A stretch of DNA of 64,000 bases from Felis catus. Its lineage: Eukaryota. Positions 1 through 14,772 of the stretch are shown here, piece after piece (position 1 is the first letter of the stretch; the number at the start of each line of letters is the position of its first letter). Under the pieces are notes generated by a model that was given only the letters and a program-made list of their open reading frames with translations, had not been told where the DNA came from and ran no database searches. The stretch spans positions 225,062,001 through 225,126,000 of the forward strand of contig NC_058368.1 of NCBI RefSeq assembly GCF_018350175.1, given 5' to 3'. The translations under genes and the position numbers were made by a program.

Positions 1-2699
1 TTCCTTGGGGAAGGGACTATATTTGTTCCTGTAGCAAATATCTGTTATATAACAAATAGAACATCATCGTCTGTTCCACGCAGATTACCAACACACTTTT
101 GTTGAACAACGATTACACACTGCAGAAGGTAAGATCTGTGCTCGTAAAAAGCTGGTAACCTGTTTGTAAAGATAAGAAACAAATTCAAAAAAGATAAACA
201 GTATGAATGCCAAATGAGGAGCATCAAGCTTTATATGTTCAGAGCCCTTGACAAAGTATTCTCATATCCATTATCGTGTTTAATTCACACACGTTAACCT
301 CAGAAGATAGGCAGCTCCATAATAAAAAAGTTAGCAAGGTCCACAGACGTGAAATTAGTTGCTCGAAGACATAGTTAATAAGCGGCAAAGTTGGAATTAT
401 TTTTAAGTTCTTTCTTTGCTAAATACAGAGCTCTTTCCACTGTATCTCTCTACCAGTTAGGGTCTAGTGAGGGAAATAGAGACAATGCCAAAAAGCTCCA
501 CAGAAGGAATTTGACTTGGAGTTACTGATTGCAAGAGCTTAAAGGTCAACTGGAAAAGGTGAGGCATGCCTGAGATTAACAACAGCCAGCATGCCTTTAG
601 GTCTGGAAGGACATAGTGATGGTGTAATGATGTTGCCACCACCCAGTGGTGTAGCCCAGGGCTGTCTGGAAAGAACTAGACCTAGTGAGAGATGCCTGTT
701 AGGGCTGAGACGATGATGAATGGGCTTCGTGGAGGAAGCTGGAATCTGAGAAGTCACCACCTGAAGCGTGTGGCAGAGAAGGCAGAGGGAATACAAAGAA
801 AATAAAACAGTAGAAGCAAAGAATGAAAACCTAGTGAGGTTATTTCCAAGCAGTTAACCTGATACAACACAGAGGGAACATTCTGGGGAAATCGGATCAG
901 GAGTTCTTAGGACATCTTGGTGATTAAGCCATTCGTACTCAAACTGGTCCTCAGACACCTCTCACCAAAGCTTACACGATTTGAGCTATCTCAGGAATTC
1001 CCTTGCCACTTATGTTTTCCTAAGTGATCTCTTCACTTCTCCTGGATTTAAATTTTATCTTATAAAGGTAATCCTAAATTTCGTACTCCATCCTGATTTC
1101 TCCTCTGGGCACCAGGATCTGGAGGGAGTGACAGTATTTCGAAATAGGAGGAGAAGCGATACTATTCTAGGGATGTGGTGGGGAATTTAAAGTCAAAGAA
1201 GAAAATAAAAACTAGGGCAACAAAACAATTATGGATTCTGGACAGTATAAACGATCTTTCATGGACTTCTAAATGATGCTAAATATTATGAGAAACATTA
1301 AAAGGGGGAGAAAATAATAAATGGAAACCTACATGTTTTAGATTGGTCAGAGGGGCAAGGAAGGTCTTTCGGAAATTAAACTGAACCTGAGAGATGAGAA
1401 GGGGCAGATTCCAAAAGAACTCTGTTTGGACAAAGGCAAGAAGAGAGAGTCAGCTGAAAAATAAACATATTTCAGACAGAAATGCCGCACGTATGAAGGC
1501 TCCAAGATGAGAAGTCTCGTGGTAGGCTTACAGGACCAAAATAGGTCCCGTGTTCAAAGAACCCTGTGGCACATGGTGAGGTTGCAGAGATAGGCAGGGG
1601 TGAAATGGTGAGGTTCACCACCATCTCTAAGCCCATTTATAGCTTGGATCTCAATGGCCCTTCACCATCTACCTCAATCTTTCCTCTATGGGTTGATCTT
1701 CTATCATTACACCCACACACCCAATGCTATAACTCTAGATCTTTTCTTCCTCTTGGCTGGAACATTTTCTTCTCTTATCTGCCCTTTCTCTACCTTGTAG
1801 TCTGTCTTTCATCTTTCATGCCCCACACCAAACAGCAAGCAGAGGCAGTTGGTCTGTTCTCTGACGCCTCCAGTATAATACTCTGTTCATACCTCTATTT
1901 TAATACTTGCAGCAACGGATACGCAATTTATCTTCTCTATGCTACTAGACTATGATAGCCTGTAGTCCCTTAACCATACATTATTCATCTTCGTATCCTC
2001 AACGCTTAGTCTTGGCAAATATCAGTAAGTGTTCCTCGAAGAATGGGAATATTTGGAGGCAAGAGATCAATATTAACGAGCTACTATATTGCACGTTTCG
2101 ACAGATGTAAGGTGTATGGATTCCATCAAAAAGAATAATAATAATCAATTCCATCTTTTAAAATCTCTGCGTACAGGCTGAAATAATGTGCATTTCTCTG
2201 AGAAAGAGAATCTTGTATAAGAGGGTCTTGTACACTTTCTCGGCTACTACCTCAACAAAACTAATGATTCTTTTAAGCCATTCTGAATCTTTGAAATATT
2301 GACATAATGTCTTCTGTTTCCTGCATTTGATTCCTGCTCTCTGTTCCCCATTTTCATAGTTCTTCACATCCCTTCATTATTTGGATGATATTCAGCAAAT
2401 GAGGAAAGCTGAGACAGTAAAGTAAACAGACACAGGCTATATAGACAAAAGGCAAGTCTAACTACTTCCTCCGTCCTTGGCAAACTGTATGAAAAAGCAA
2501 GGCCTTTATCACCATCGAGTTCCACCAAAATACTAGCATTAGAGGATTTCTTTCATTCTATATTATATCCCTCTATCTGCGACGGGTAGAGCTAGCAAGT
2601 GACCTGACCACTGGAAAATGGAGAATGCTTAAATGTCAGTTTGGATAGAATTCAGAAACATGGGAGAACGCAAGCCAAGAGCAATGTTGCTGAAAGGGT

Positions 2700-3461
2700 C
2701 ATGCCAGGCACCCATGAAAGAGGAGCTACGTGGGTCCTTAACACAGCCAAGGCTCAGGAGTGAAAATGAGTAAAGGAAATCTCATTGAAAATGGAGCGAA
2801 GGGGGAGCTCCCCTGAAGGGGGAGCTCTCGCACAAGTACCACTAGGTGCAGTCAGCACAACCAGTAGGAAGAAGGAAGATAATTCTTATCTTTAGGAGGG
2901 AGGACACTTTTCACATAGGAATTTTATCTCCTGCTTTCAAGAAGAAGGAAGGTCTCTTCTTGTGTCAGCAATAACACGCTAACCACGGCTTGCAGCCAAT
3001 GAGAAACTGCCACAGCCTCAAACTCTTGTTCTTCTCCAAGGAACTTTTGTTCAAAACAGCCCTCCCTAGAGGCTCCTGGGTGGCTCCGATGATTAAGCGG
3101 CTGACTCTTGGTTTCACCTCAAGTCACGATCTCATGGTTCTTGAGTTCAAGCCCTGCATCAGACTCTGCATCGACAGCATGGAACCTGCTTAGGATTTTG
3201 TCTCTCTCTCTGCCCTTCCTCTGCTCTCTCTCTCTCTCTCTCTCTCTTTCAAAAATAAATAAATAAACATTAGAACAAACAAAAAAGCCCACCCTAATTT
3301 CTTCCTAAAACCTAATAAAAGCTGATCTTCCTTTTTTGTCTCTTTGGATTTGCCTGTGGTTTGTCATGGTTTGTTTGTCCCAGATTGCAATTCCGCTGCT
3401 ATTCCCCAATAAACTCCTTTTGCTAGTAAAATAACTGGCTATTGTATTTTAAGGTTGATGC
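2700..3461 (+). mobile_element. ERV-type LTR (carnivore ERV1/MER34-like), interrupted by a SINE
   Basis: CCAAT (~2996), an A/T-rich TATA-like box (~3314), AATAAA at ~3408 and a typical U5 end (tttgctagtaaaataactggct...ttttaaggttga). The 5' boundary is approximate. Confidence 0.6.
3069..3286 (+). mobile_element. CAN-SINE (older SINEC)
   Basis: tRNA-derived head ggctcctgggtggctc, (CT)n and A-rich tail; imperfect TSD aaaacagccctcccta/aaaaagcccacccta. Confidence 0.93.
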
Positions 3462-5439
3462 AGGCTTTCCTTGGATGGTAACAAGGCATCTACAGACATT
3501 GGCTGGGTTTCCATGCCCTCATTCCCCGGTGTTGGTCACCGACAATGCAGGATACCCCAACGCTGACTGAACTCTCCTAACTGGCCACCAGGTATGGTCC
3601 TCACACCCAAAGACCCACAAATCTTCGGCAAGGCTAAATCCCATCAAACTCATTCCTACTCCCAAGAAGCCAGGACACTTTCACCTAATCTCTCAGCAAG
3701 TCAAAGTCAAGATTTTATTTTATTTTTTTCCTTTCCAACTGGTTGTGATGACAAAATCTGTATCTTGGCACCTTCTGGGCCTTCTGGGATGTTCCCTATT
3801 GATTCTCAAGAGCATTTCCTCTCACAGCAATATCAAGGTCTTATAGACATTTGCTGATTCTCTTTCACACATTCCTGGTACAACAATCACAACTCCCCTT
3901 GGTAGAAATGTCCTTGGTCACAGGAAGGGACCCATACAAACAAGTACAGAAGACAAAAGCACAATGATTAATAGATTACATTTCAAAAGATTATGTCCCT
4001 GTGTATGGAAGTTCTCAGCCTCATTACCCACCCTGAAAATGGAGATAATATCAGCCTTCTCTGCTTCATGAGATCACTGTGACAGTCACAAGAAATAATG
4101 CTTGAAAATATGTAAATGGAGTCTCATCGTAGGCAGGGATTTGGTTCCTAAAGAACACAATAAAAACCCTATTTGTTTTCTTTTTTTTAATTACCCTTGA
4201 AAATTTCTTCACTTGTCAATAAAGGATAGCATACAAGTTTTGTGCCTAAAACTCTGTGCCATCATCCTTAGGCACACTAAATGTTGAGAACCACTGAGCT
4301 AGATGGAAAAAGAAAACAAAAGGAAAATCTATATGCAGATTTTCCGACATTCAACCCATTGTGTATTTAAGAAAACTATCAAGCCACAGACAATGACCAA
4401 GAAAAGGATGAAAATTTTACATGCTCTTTTTTGCCTACCCAGCTTAGTCCAACTGGGTTAATATTAAGCCACTATAATATCAACAGATTGACAGGGGAGG
4501 GAGATTTTTAAAGATTTCAAAAACAAATAAAGAAACAGTACTCCAGTCCATTGCTTTCTAGCATGGCCACAAATATCAGGGAGACACCTCCACAAAGCCT
4601 TAACACAATGTGACAAAGGAGTCAGCTCACAATGTAGTGTTGACGTAATGCCCAGTGACTGGGCTTAGACCAAGCTCATCAGCCAATAAATATCAATGCT
4701 CCTCTCTGAAAGATCCCAAACCAAGGGTCTGCCATCAACATGCAAGCCAGTCCTCCCGCCCTGAGCTACACCTCTCACTATGTGAAGACATTGGCCCCAG
4801 CCGTTTAACAACTTCTTACTCTTAGGATCTAATTTTCTTTAAGACTCAGACACCAATAACTCACTTCTCACTTCTCAACTCAGTGCCAGGCCAATGGTGA
4901 CAGCCCATAGGAGCTCCTAGCAGTGTGGACACAGCTGGCAGGCATTTTCCTCTAATCACAACCACCTGACACAGAAGACTTATGGAGTTTTCTAGTGCCT
5001 TTTATCTGGAATACTTTAGATGAGTGTAGGAGAGCTGAAAGTTAAAGCCTTCTTAGAAATTCCACTTTAAAGCACTGGCCAGACCTTTTAGAACTGGAGT
5101 TAACTCTTTTCATATCAGTGGGAAAATAGGATGATACATGCCCTACATTTAGCAATCACTGCCCCTCTGCCGTGACATGTAAACAAAGATCCATCGTTCC
5201 GAAACCAGTGTGCTCGCTTTACCTTAAGGTAAAAACCTGTTCGCTGCGGATCTAATGGCCATTAGTAATATGGTTCTTCCAAATCTCATAGCTCTGAATT
5301 TTATCTTAACCAGTATGGGAAGGATGTAAGCTCTGAAGATCAAGAAGTACTACCTACACATACCAAAACATAAATGGCTAAGAGTTTAGAGACATGGGGC
5401 AAGGAAGGTGGATGTTGCTTCAAGTCGCATAAAGAGGTA

Positions 5440-5700
5440 AAGAAATAAAGAGGTAAGGGAACCTTCGTGATAGTAGAACTGTTCTGTGTCTTGATTTGAG
5501 TAGTGGCTACCCAACTCTATGTGTGTGATAAAATCACACAGAGCTTTATGTACACGCAATTGAATGTATGTAAAACTAGTGAAATCTGGTTTTTGAATTG
5601 TTTTCTGAATTGGCCTATTGTCAATTTTCTAGTCTTGATATTGTCTATAGTATGCGGGACATTACCACGAGAGTAACTGGATGAAGGATGCAGGGAAACT
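5440..5700 (+). mobile_element. Old L1M 3' end fragment
   Basis: Motifs gaactgttctgtgtcttgatt, gtcaattttctagtcttgatattg and aactggatgaagg. Confidence 0.6.
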
Positions 5701-5944
5701 ACATTCTAACCCCTAGAGGTCTTTATTTTTGCTAGTTAGTAGGCATGGTTTACCATATTCAAATTAATTGCTACAATATCAGAAACTATATGAATAGCCA
5801 TTTAATTTCATTAGCAGAAATGCTCAAGACTTATCGCACTTTCTGCCCAAAGGTACAGCAAATAATAAATCTGGTAGATGTAAAACCTTTAAACTTCATG
5901 CCTGAGTGACTTTTAGTCCGAGAATGTCCGACACCGGTAATTCT

Positions 5945-6112
5945 CCAAGTGTGGTTTCTGAGCTATCAGTATTAGGAATCTCGTTAGCAATGCAAATTAT
6001 CTGTCCCTCCTCAGGCCTACTCTTGAAGGACAGAGGAAGGGCGGGAATCTGTGTTTTAACAACAAAGTCTCCAGATTATTTTGATGCACATGAAGTTTTG
6101 AGAACCACCACT
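5945..6112. mobile_element. MER5-type hAT DNA transposon relic
   Basis: Motifs aatgcaaatt...ggaatctgtgttttaacaa...gattattttgatgcac...gttttgagaaccac. Confidence 0.7.
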
Positions 6113-8452
6113 GTGCACTTTCCGTTGCTATAAGACGTCTGGCAACGTTCATCTTGAAAAAGAGAAGCCAAACAAACACGCAACACTAACTTCTGGCGTA
6201 GGTTGCATTGTAACATCTGGCCCTCTCTGTCTCTACTGCGCCTCCCTCCGCAATCCTGAATTCCTGATCTTCCCTGAAGACTGAATCCCATCATGCCAGT
6301 TCACAGAATTCCAACTTTCTCATTCTAGAATAATTCCCAGGGGCTCCACGAAAAAATTGAAGGTAGACCACGTCTGATTCCCTGGCATCTGATTTCATTC
6401 AGTTAATGTTCGAAAACCGGTGTCTTGGCGATGGGAAGTGTTCTTCACATCCTTACATTATAACCTTCCCAATAAATATTCATTGATTGTACTTTTCATG
6501 CATCCCTGTTTGACTCTAGAATTTCTAAAGAAAACTGTTCATTGTCAAGACTAATGGTGTATTCTGGTATGGGTAATTCAACTCAAATAATCTCAATGTT
6601 ATTTCTGCCGAAACCAGACTCAAGCACGGGTGCTTTGTTTTGTGTTGTTTTTAATGATTATTTGCTTATTTGAGAGACAGCCGATTTTCTTCTTAATTAT
6701 ATTCTTCTTGGGCTCATATCAGCATGGGTTCACAGGGCCAGGAATGGGTTTCGTTAGCCTACAACATTCTGAGTGACATTAACAAGAAAAGACAGCACTA
6801 AAATTGGCTACAATTGATCCCAAAAATATATTTCCGTATGTTCATTTTAGCCAGTGTCCCACAGCAGGGAAGTCACCCGGTCATTTGCTTCGACCCACCC
6901 CCATGTTGATAACAGATGTGTAATAGTCCCAGATGCTCTAATGTTAATTACTTAAAATCACATGTACTTAGACTGGTAAAATGTAAGCCTCTAAAATGTA
7001 GGGCTTTCAGAGAAGAAATTGAATAAGAATGGCCGTGGGCCCAAACTCATCCTTGTAGTTACTCAAAGAGCTATACCGTCTTTCCAATGTAATCTCAAGA
7101 TATCTCAACAGAACTAGAAAAGTAACTCATAGTTACAAAATTCAGATCTTAGAACTATGCATTGAGAAACACTTGAAATTGTAGTAGATATCTGTCTGTA
7201 GTATAAAATAAACCACCACCACTTTGAAGGCAAAAATTAGGGTAAAATGGTGATGAATGGGAACAAGAATTTCATTCTCCAACATGATGATAGGCTTCAG
7301 GTAAATGATACCTGAGCTTAATCGATTTAAGAATTTATTTTCATTTTTTATTACAAAATCAATATTTGCCCTTTGAGAAAAAAAATTAAATTAAGAAAAC
7401 CAGAAAATAAAATTAAGCCAAAATAAATAAATAAATAAAAATGAACCCCCCCCCCATAAAATACCCCCAAAAGGAAAGTAAGAATGTTCCTGCTCCGTCT
7501 TTCACAGGTTACATGCCCCCTGTGGGAAAAATGTTAGAACATGAGGGAGGGCATGCTGCATAGCAATTTAGACAGAAAGATGCTGTTCTTGTTATAATAA
7601 AATTCCTTTGCCACAAAGCATCATAGCAAAACAAATACAGGAACTCAAATAGAACAATAAAAATAATATGAGGTCACTGAGTCCTGTTATTTATAACAGC
7701 AGAAATTTGTGTTGTTATGAGAAAAGCAATCATGGGCACAGAAGGAAGGGTGCTTGGGGCATGCGTGTTTCTTAGTCCATTCCAAAAATATGTACTACAT
7801 GCCTTTGAAGTGCTGGGGATATAACAGTAACCAAGATATAAACTCCCTGCTCTCAGAGATATTACAAGCTAATAGGAGAGCCCAGAGGTAGATTTACCCT
7901 GGGACTAAGGAAGCAAAGCTTTAGGGCTTTGGGTCTTTGCGAGAGACCTTGTACCTCATCGTGTACTCATGAGTTTATTTTTTCAAGGGTCAGTAAAATT
8001 GTGTCATCCGCAGACCCCACAAAATCTGGACTCAGCTTGGATTAGATAGATAATAAGCAAGTGAAAATAGAAGATAATTTCAAGCACTGACAAGTGCTGT
8101 GCAAGAAATAGAAGAAGTTGATTTGATAGAGAGTGAGAGCACTATTTTAATATGGGGGATCAGAGAAGGATTTGAACTAAGACCTAAATGAAAATGCTTT
8201 AGAGGGATCTGAATGAAAAGTTTTTAAACACTACTTCAGGTTGAGTTTATTGACATATCTAACATGCATTAGATAAAATTTACTCTTGCGGCACAATGAT
8301 ATTAAATTTAGAGAGATTAATTGTAACTTTGCAAAAGTTAGGCCTTGATCATATTTTGTTTTCCACAGGTATGTTCAGTAGAATTCACAAGAACTGATAA
8401 TGTTTATGACTTCCAGATTTTGTAATAAATGTATTAGTATTTGTTCTAGTTA

Positions 8453-8673
8453 TTTTTTTTAATTTTTTAAATGTTTTTATTTATTTTTGAAGGAGAGAGA
8501 GACAGAGCATGCGCGGGGAGGAGCAGAGAGAGAGGGAGACATAGAATTTGAAGCAGGCTCCAGGCTCTAAGCTGTCAGCACAGAGCCCGAGGCGGGGCTC
8601 GAACTCACGAACTGTGAGATCATGACTTGAGCCGAAGTTGGACGCTTAACCGACTGAGCCGCCCAGGCGCCCT
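8453..8673 (-). mobile_element. CAN-SINE (SINEC_Fc)
   Basis: Full SINE body; TSD tgttctagttattttt on both sides. Confidence 0.96.
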
Positions 8674-10479
8674 CTGTTCTAGTTATTTTTATTATGATAT
8701 TTCATGGCTCTTCTCCACGAAACATTTGAAAGTGTTTTCAAAAGCAATAAATAAAATATATATTGTATATATTATATTCTAGCAAGCCTAGGGAACTAAA
8801 TCATTCTGAATTAAAATATAATGTGTGCATTTGTATGTGTGTCTACTTCTGGATTTAAAAGTGTCTTCATTATTCATTATTGTCTACATGGGGAAAATAA
8901 ATAAACAAAAAATGCGTTGAAAGTGAAGAGTAGAATTAATATCCATAAAATCTTTAAATGACTTTTGTGTCTTGTGCTGTAAATGCAGTAATCAAGAAAT
9001 AGGAAATAGGTTCTAGGCACTGTTTTTCAGCTCTAATAGCAATATAAAAATATTAGCTGTGGTATTTCCTTTTCATACTCATCAAGTAGTATTCTTTATA
9101 TCTTTTCATTTTAAGAATTAGAGTTATGTCACTATAAGCTCTATGTTAGTGGTCTTTTTTCACGATGTTTTCTCCAGCGTAAAACGCTTACAGTACAACA
9201 GCTATACTTCTGAGTTCTGAGTTCAAAAGTAAATACTGTTAAGATATTTTTTACCTAATGCTAACTTTCAAATCAACCCATTTCAAGATAGGCTCCATGG
9301 AGAACATTTCTATGTTGCTATAATTTATTATTCAAAAACTAGCCTCCATCAGACTCACACCTAACTCCATAATGACAATTCCATTATAATAATGAGTAGC
9401 ATATTGATGTTGCAATGAATATGTCCAGAGTTGAAAAAGGAGAAAAATTTAAAAAAAAAAAAGAGAAAGAGAAAGAATCACAGGAAGAAAGGAGAGGAAA
9501 GGGATTAATAGAGAGATGGAACTTCACAGGAAAGGAAAAGCTCGGGTTTGAGGAGACATCAGCTCTCAGACTTTCTTTGTGTTTTCTTCTGTTGATGAGC
9601 CAAACTCTACTCTCTGTTTACTTAAGTGGTCAACTCCAGTGCTGGGGCCTCAAATTCACCCCTGAGGTCAATGCAAGTCTTGTGTCTTCATTTCCTTTTG
9701 CCCTACCCAACAGCTACTTTCCCACAGTCTCTTCTTGCAAAGCAACCAAGTCCCCGGTCTACAATTAAACATGTGGACTCCTCCAAGTCTTAGAATTTCT
9801 ATGGCATGAATTCTGTATGACTCCTCAGAATCAATTCTACACCCTGCTTCCCTTGAAGGCATCTCTGTTTAATTAAAAGAACGGTCCAAGAGTACTAGTG
9901 TTGACACTATATTCCTCCAAATATAATAATTATATGTTGAAAAAGCTTGATAGAATAGAGTATCTCCATGAGATAAACAATAGTGTGATAGTGTTACTCC
10001 CTCATCAACAGATCTATATAGTCTCCATATAAGAAGGGAGACTTTACCATATAAAAATTCTAGTTACCATAATATTTCATATCATAATTCCAGATAATCT
10101 ATATTTATATGAGTTCTCTATATATTAAAATAGAGAGAGGGAATGTGTCAACTCTGTTTAAAGTTTGAAGTGCTGGTAACTGGATTTTATTGACCTAGGT
10201 GCTCAGAGAAACAAAGGAGTACATTACCAAACAGGAAAAACTTAGAGGAGCAAAGAAAGAAATTTGTTCATTGGAGTTGAGAAAAAGAATTCAGTTGTTA
10301 ATGTATGAGGAGAGAGATACAAAAAGAATCAACATAGCACGTTAGAGTTGAATGAATTTTTTGACACGCAGGAAAAACTTATCCTGAACAGAGAGAATGC
10401 CTCCGATTAAAAGCAACTAAAAAAGTTGACTTGTTTCATTCCTTAAGAATCAGATCTTTGTGGGTAACTCTGGCCTCTT

Positions 10480-10620
10480 CCTATGCAAGGTGTGGTCCAC
10501 GGACCAGCAGCACTACCATCAACAGGGAGCTTGTTAGAAATGAGGAATCTTGGGGTACACCCCACACCTACTTGGTCAAAACTGGTATGTATTTTAACAA
10601 GATACCCAAGTGATTTATAT
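10480..10620. mobile_element. MER5A-like relic
   Basis: gtgtggtccacggaccagcagcac...gggagcttgttagaaatg...ttttaacaagatacccaagtgatt. Confidence 0.7.
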
Positions 10621-11317
10621 AGTTAAAGATCCCGCAATCTCAACAATAAATAGACCTGTACATACACGAATGGGCTGTGAATGTATTTGGCTAAGTAATA
10701 GTTAATATGACTTCATAACTGGGATCTGCCATATTATTGATTTCTAGTAACCACTGAAGAGAAATTACTTGTATAACACACTTTAGATATATGAAAATTA
10801 CATAATTCAATGGGCTTGATATTATATAATAAGAAAACCATGTGAGCTAACAAAGGTCATTTATGAATTAATGTGTACATCTGAAATCTAGAACACAGAA
10901 AGAGAAAGAGTAGGGAAAATACAGCTTTTGTTTCGCAAATGAATTCTGGATCTGGATAAGAAACGATTGGTGTTACTAGAGAAGATGTTGACATTTTAAC
11001 ATACAAAGGTGAATTCTCAGCTCCCAAAGACACCTCTGAACATATGACAATATAATTATTACACACTTAAATGCCAAAAGTTAGCCCTTTTGTTTTTTAA
11101 CAGAGGTTATCTAATTGCAAAGACCTTTTTGTGGTGTTTTAGACTACAGCTGCATCACTTCCAAATCCAGTCCTCCTAGATTCCTTTCTAGATAATTTCA
11201 TTTGTTCCAGTAGATCTCACCCATTTTTTTTTTCTTATTCCTATATTTTATCTAAAAGCTAACAATCCACTTAGAGCTCAAAATGTTAAGGGAAAGCCAA
11301 TAGAAATAAGAACCAAT

Positions 11318-11898
11318 ACTGTAAAATGGTGTCACCTCTGTGAAGAAGCAGTTGCTCAAGAAATTAAAAACAGAATTACTGTATGATCCAACAATACCAC
11401 TTCCAGAATTAAAAAGGGGTAAAAGCAAGATCCCAAAGAAGTATGTATATGCCCATGTTTATAGCATCGTTACTCACAATAGCCAAAAGATGGAAATAAC
11501 CCAAGTGTTCATCGAAAGATGAATGAATAAATAGAATGTAATATACACATACAATGGAATATTATTCAGGCTTAAAGAGGAAGGAATTTCTGACACATGT
11601 TATAACATGGGTGAACCTAGAGGACATTATGCTAAGTGAAATAAGCTAGTCACAGAAAAAGACAGAGACTCCATGATGCTACTTATATTTGACTACTTAT
11701 ATTTGACTACTTCAGTAGTCAAATTCCTAGAGAGAGAAACTGGGAGAGGATTTCCGGGGGTTGTGGGAAGGGAAAATAGACAGTTCTTGTTTGATGGGCA
11801 CAGAGCTTCAGTTTTGCAAGATGAAGAAGTTCTGACGATTAGTTGCACTACAATGTGAATGAACACTACTGAATTTCACATGTAAAAATACTTAAGAT
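11318..11898 (+). mobile_element. L1MA/L1MB-like 3' end
   Basis: ORF2 C-terminal remnant (LKKLKTELLYDPTIPL) followed by canonical L1 3'UTR motifs. Confidence 0.85.
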
Positions 11899-12133
11899 GG
11901 GGAGTGCCTGGGTGGCTCCGTCGATTAAGGGTCCAACCCTCGGTTTTGACTCAAGTCATTATCTCAAAGCTTCGGGGGTTCGAGCCCCACACGTTGGGCT
12001 CTGTGCTGGTAGCTCGGGGGCTGCTTGGGATTCTCTCTCTCTCCCTCTCTCTCTGCCCCTCCCCGACTCACACTGTCTCTGTCTCTCTCAAAATAAATAC
12101 ATAAACTTAAAAAAAAATAAAGGAAAAAAAAAA
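11899..12133 (+). mobile_element. CAN-SINE
   Basis: ggggagtgcctgggtggctc head, CT tract and A tail. Confidence 0.93.
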
Positions 12134-12399
12134 CGACACAGAGGACATCATACTCAGGTGTTTATTGCAGCATTATTCACAATGGTAAAATACTAGAAGA
12201 GTATGATTAAAGTTCATCACTAAGAGAAGGGCTGAGTAATTTATGATACATCCCCACCACAGAATAATAGGAAGACACCAACTCACGGTTAATCAGTTGA
12301 TTTGGAAGAAGTTCCACGAAGTATAACTGAGTGAAGAAAGTAACATGGAGAACATCATGCATGTACTTTATCACATTTTGAAACGCAAGCTATCAACAA

Positions 12400-12625
12400 T
12401 TTTAATAATCATCATCATCCTCACATACATTACTGAACTCTCACTGTATACCAGGTACTTTTTTAAGCACGTGACACAGAAAAATTCACTTCATCTTCAC
12501 AATATCCCTGTTAACCTCACTTCACAAATAAGGAAACTGAGTCACTGAGAGGCTAGAAAGCGTCTCTAAGGTCCCACGGCAAACACCAACAAATTCAAGA
12601 ATTTGACCTCCTGAAGCCTGTCTTC
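12400..12625 (-). mobile_element. MIR
   Basis: MIR core: tcatcttcacaa...ttcacaaataaggaaactgagtcactgagaggcta. Confidence 0.7.
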
Positions 12626-14572
12626 CAGTGTATGGATGTGTGGATGTGTCTTTCTCTGTGTGATTCCAGATGAAAAATGTGGAATGATGTGGAATGATGT
12701 GGAAGCGGCTGATGATGTGAGTTATGTGACGTAGAGTCAGGAATGCTAATGTAGGTTAAAAGAGAAGGAATGGAGGGGTTGAAGAAAAGGAAAAAGAGAG
12801 AGCCAAAACCATAAATAATATGACCACATTTATGTACTTAAGCAACATCACCTATGTGTAAGGGGAAATGGTAAAAATTCTTTAAAACGACAAATTTATG
12901 TTTTGTTTCTTGAAACCTCAGCAATGCTATTTATGAAAACAAAATTTGAAATGATCAGACAATATTATAGACAGATTTCTATAATCACATCCGTTTTCTC
13001 TATTTGAATAATTAAACGGACATCAGATATTTGTGCCAGTTTGCATATCAAAAGACTGTGATTCGTAGTTTCAGTGTTTGCAAAAAAATAGCGAATATGA
13101 ATCTATGGTTGATGGAGTGATAATAGGTGTTTGGGGACCTAACACCTATGGATGGAGTGATAATAGGTGTTTGGGCAGGCTGGGGTAGGGAACAGCACGC
13201 TTCTTGGTCAAACCAGTATGGAGGGAGGATACAGGGTTAAAGACCTTTAAATAGATCATTTGTACCTCAACTCGCTCTGTTATCACTTAATATGCTAATG
13301 TTTTTACCAATCTCCAAAAGGGACTATGAACCATGCTTCACTTTTTATCCTTCTTTAGCTAGAGGATCCACCTCTTTTATTTTTAATACCATGCCTGTTA
13401 AACATTGTCCAAAAAAAAAAAAAAAAAAAAAAAGATTCCACAAAGCAGAATCTAGGAACCAATTACCTATAATATAGCTTTTCGTAACCTTCAAAACTGC
13501 TGAAAAAACTATCTGCTGGAAGGAGGGAATGGGACAGATAAATGGACAGTACACACAGGTTTTACTTTTTGCTTTTTTTCTCTTTTTTTAGTTCACCAAG
13601 TCATGTTTCTACCTTTGCTATTTTTCCATGCACAATATATTGATAGCAAAAAAACAAATTTGATTTCAGCCAAAATCATTTATCTTGTTGAAAATAAGGG
13701 GTTTGCTCACACAATAAGTCAATGTATTGTCCAATAATATTATAGTACCTAATTCCCAGATACGAACTTCTTATGATTTACAAACTGGCCTGTCTAAAGC
13801 TATTTTTCTGTTAATGTCCATTTTCTGCCCTTTTACTGTGTCAAAAGTTTTGTCATCAAGCCTTAGTAGCCTACTTCAAAGTAATGAAAAAGTCCCACAG
13901 TGGATCAACTAAACCCCCTATAACTGTTCTAGTCCCATCATTACCACTTAGGTAATAGTCAATCCTTCAAATCTGCATGAGATTTATCCAATAAGTATCT
14001 ATGTTTAAGGCATTTCAGTAGGGGCATGGGAATCCTAAAACAGATAATACCCTATATTTCCCTGAAGGAGTTTATAATCTACTAAAGGGAGCAAAAAGTC
14101 TATACAGTGACTGACGTATATTTAAGGAAGTAGGTATTAAACAAGAAGAGAGAAAAAAAAAGATTGTATAACTTGGTCAAAGAGATCATTTTTTTCTACT
14201 AAGGAGCTGCCTTTCTTGGAGGGTAGACAACCCCGTATTAGTAGGCAACACTAATGTGTTAAGGAATCTTCTCTTAAAAGGTTGCTATTGAGGCACTTCC
14301 TAAAGCCTACAGCCCACTCTTGAGAGAAGCATGGATATTCTTGTTCTTTCCATTTCATTGGGTTTTTGGGAGGATCCAGTAAGAAACAGATGTGAAAGAA
14401 TTTTAGAGATTTCCTGAATATAAGAGGATTTTATGGTTAAAACTAAAGATTGCCCTTGTTTCGTGATTTGTAACAATCGCCAGAGCTCCATGACAGAGAC
14501 TCCCACTTGTCCTTCGAAATCTGTCTTCCCTTCTTCTCTGCACGTGCCCGCTGAGCCTCATTGGTGGTTCAA

Positions 14573-14772
14573 CGTTTATTTATTTTTGGGACAGAGAGAG
14601 ACAGAGCATGAATGGGGGAGGGGCAGAGAGAGAGGGAGACACAGAATCGGAAACAGGCTCCAGGCTCTGAGCCATCAGCCCAGAGCCTGACGCGGGGCTC
14701 GAACTCACGGACTGTGAGATCGTGACCTGGCTGAAGTCGGACGCTTAACCGACTGCGCCACCCAGGCGCCCC
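14573..14772 (-). mobile_element. Young SINEC_Fc lacking a poly(A) tail
   Basis: Near-consensus body; TSD tcattggtggttcaa at 14558-14572 and 14773-14787. Confidence 0.96.
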
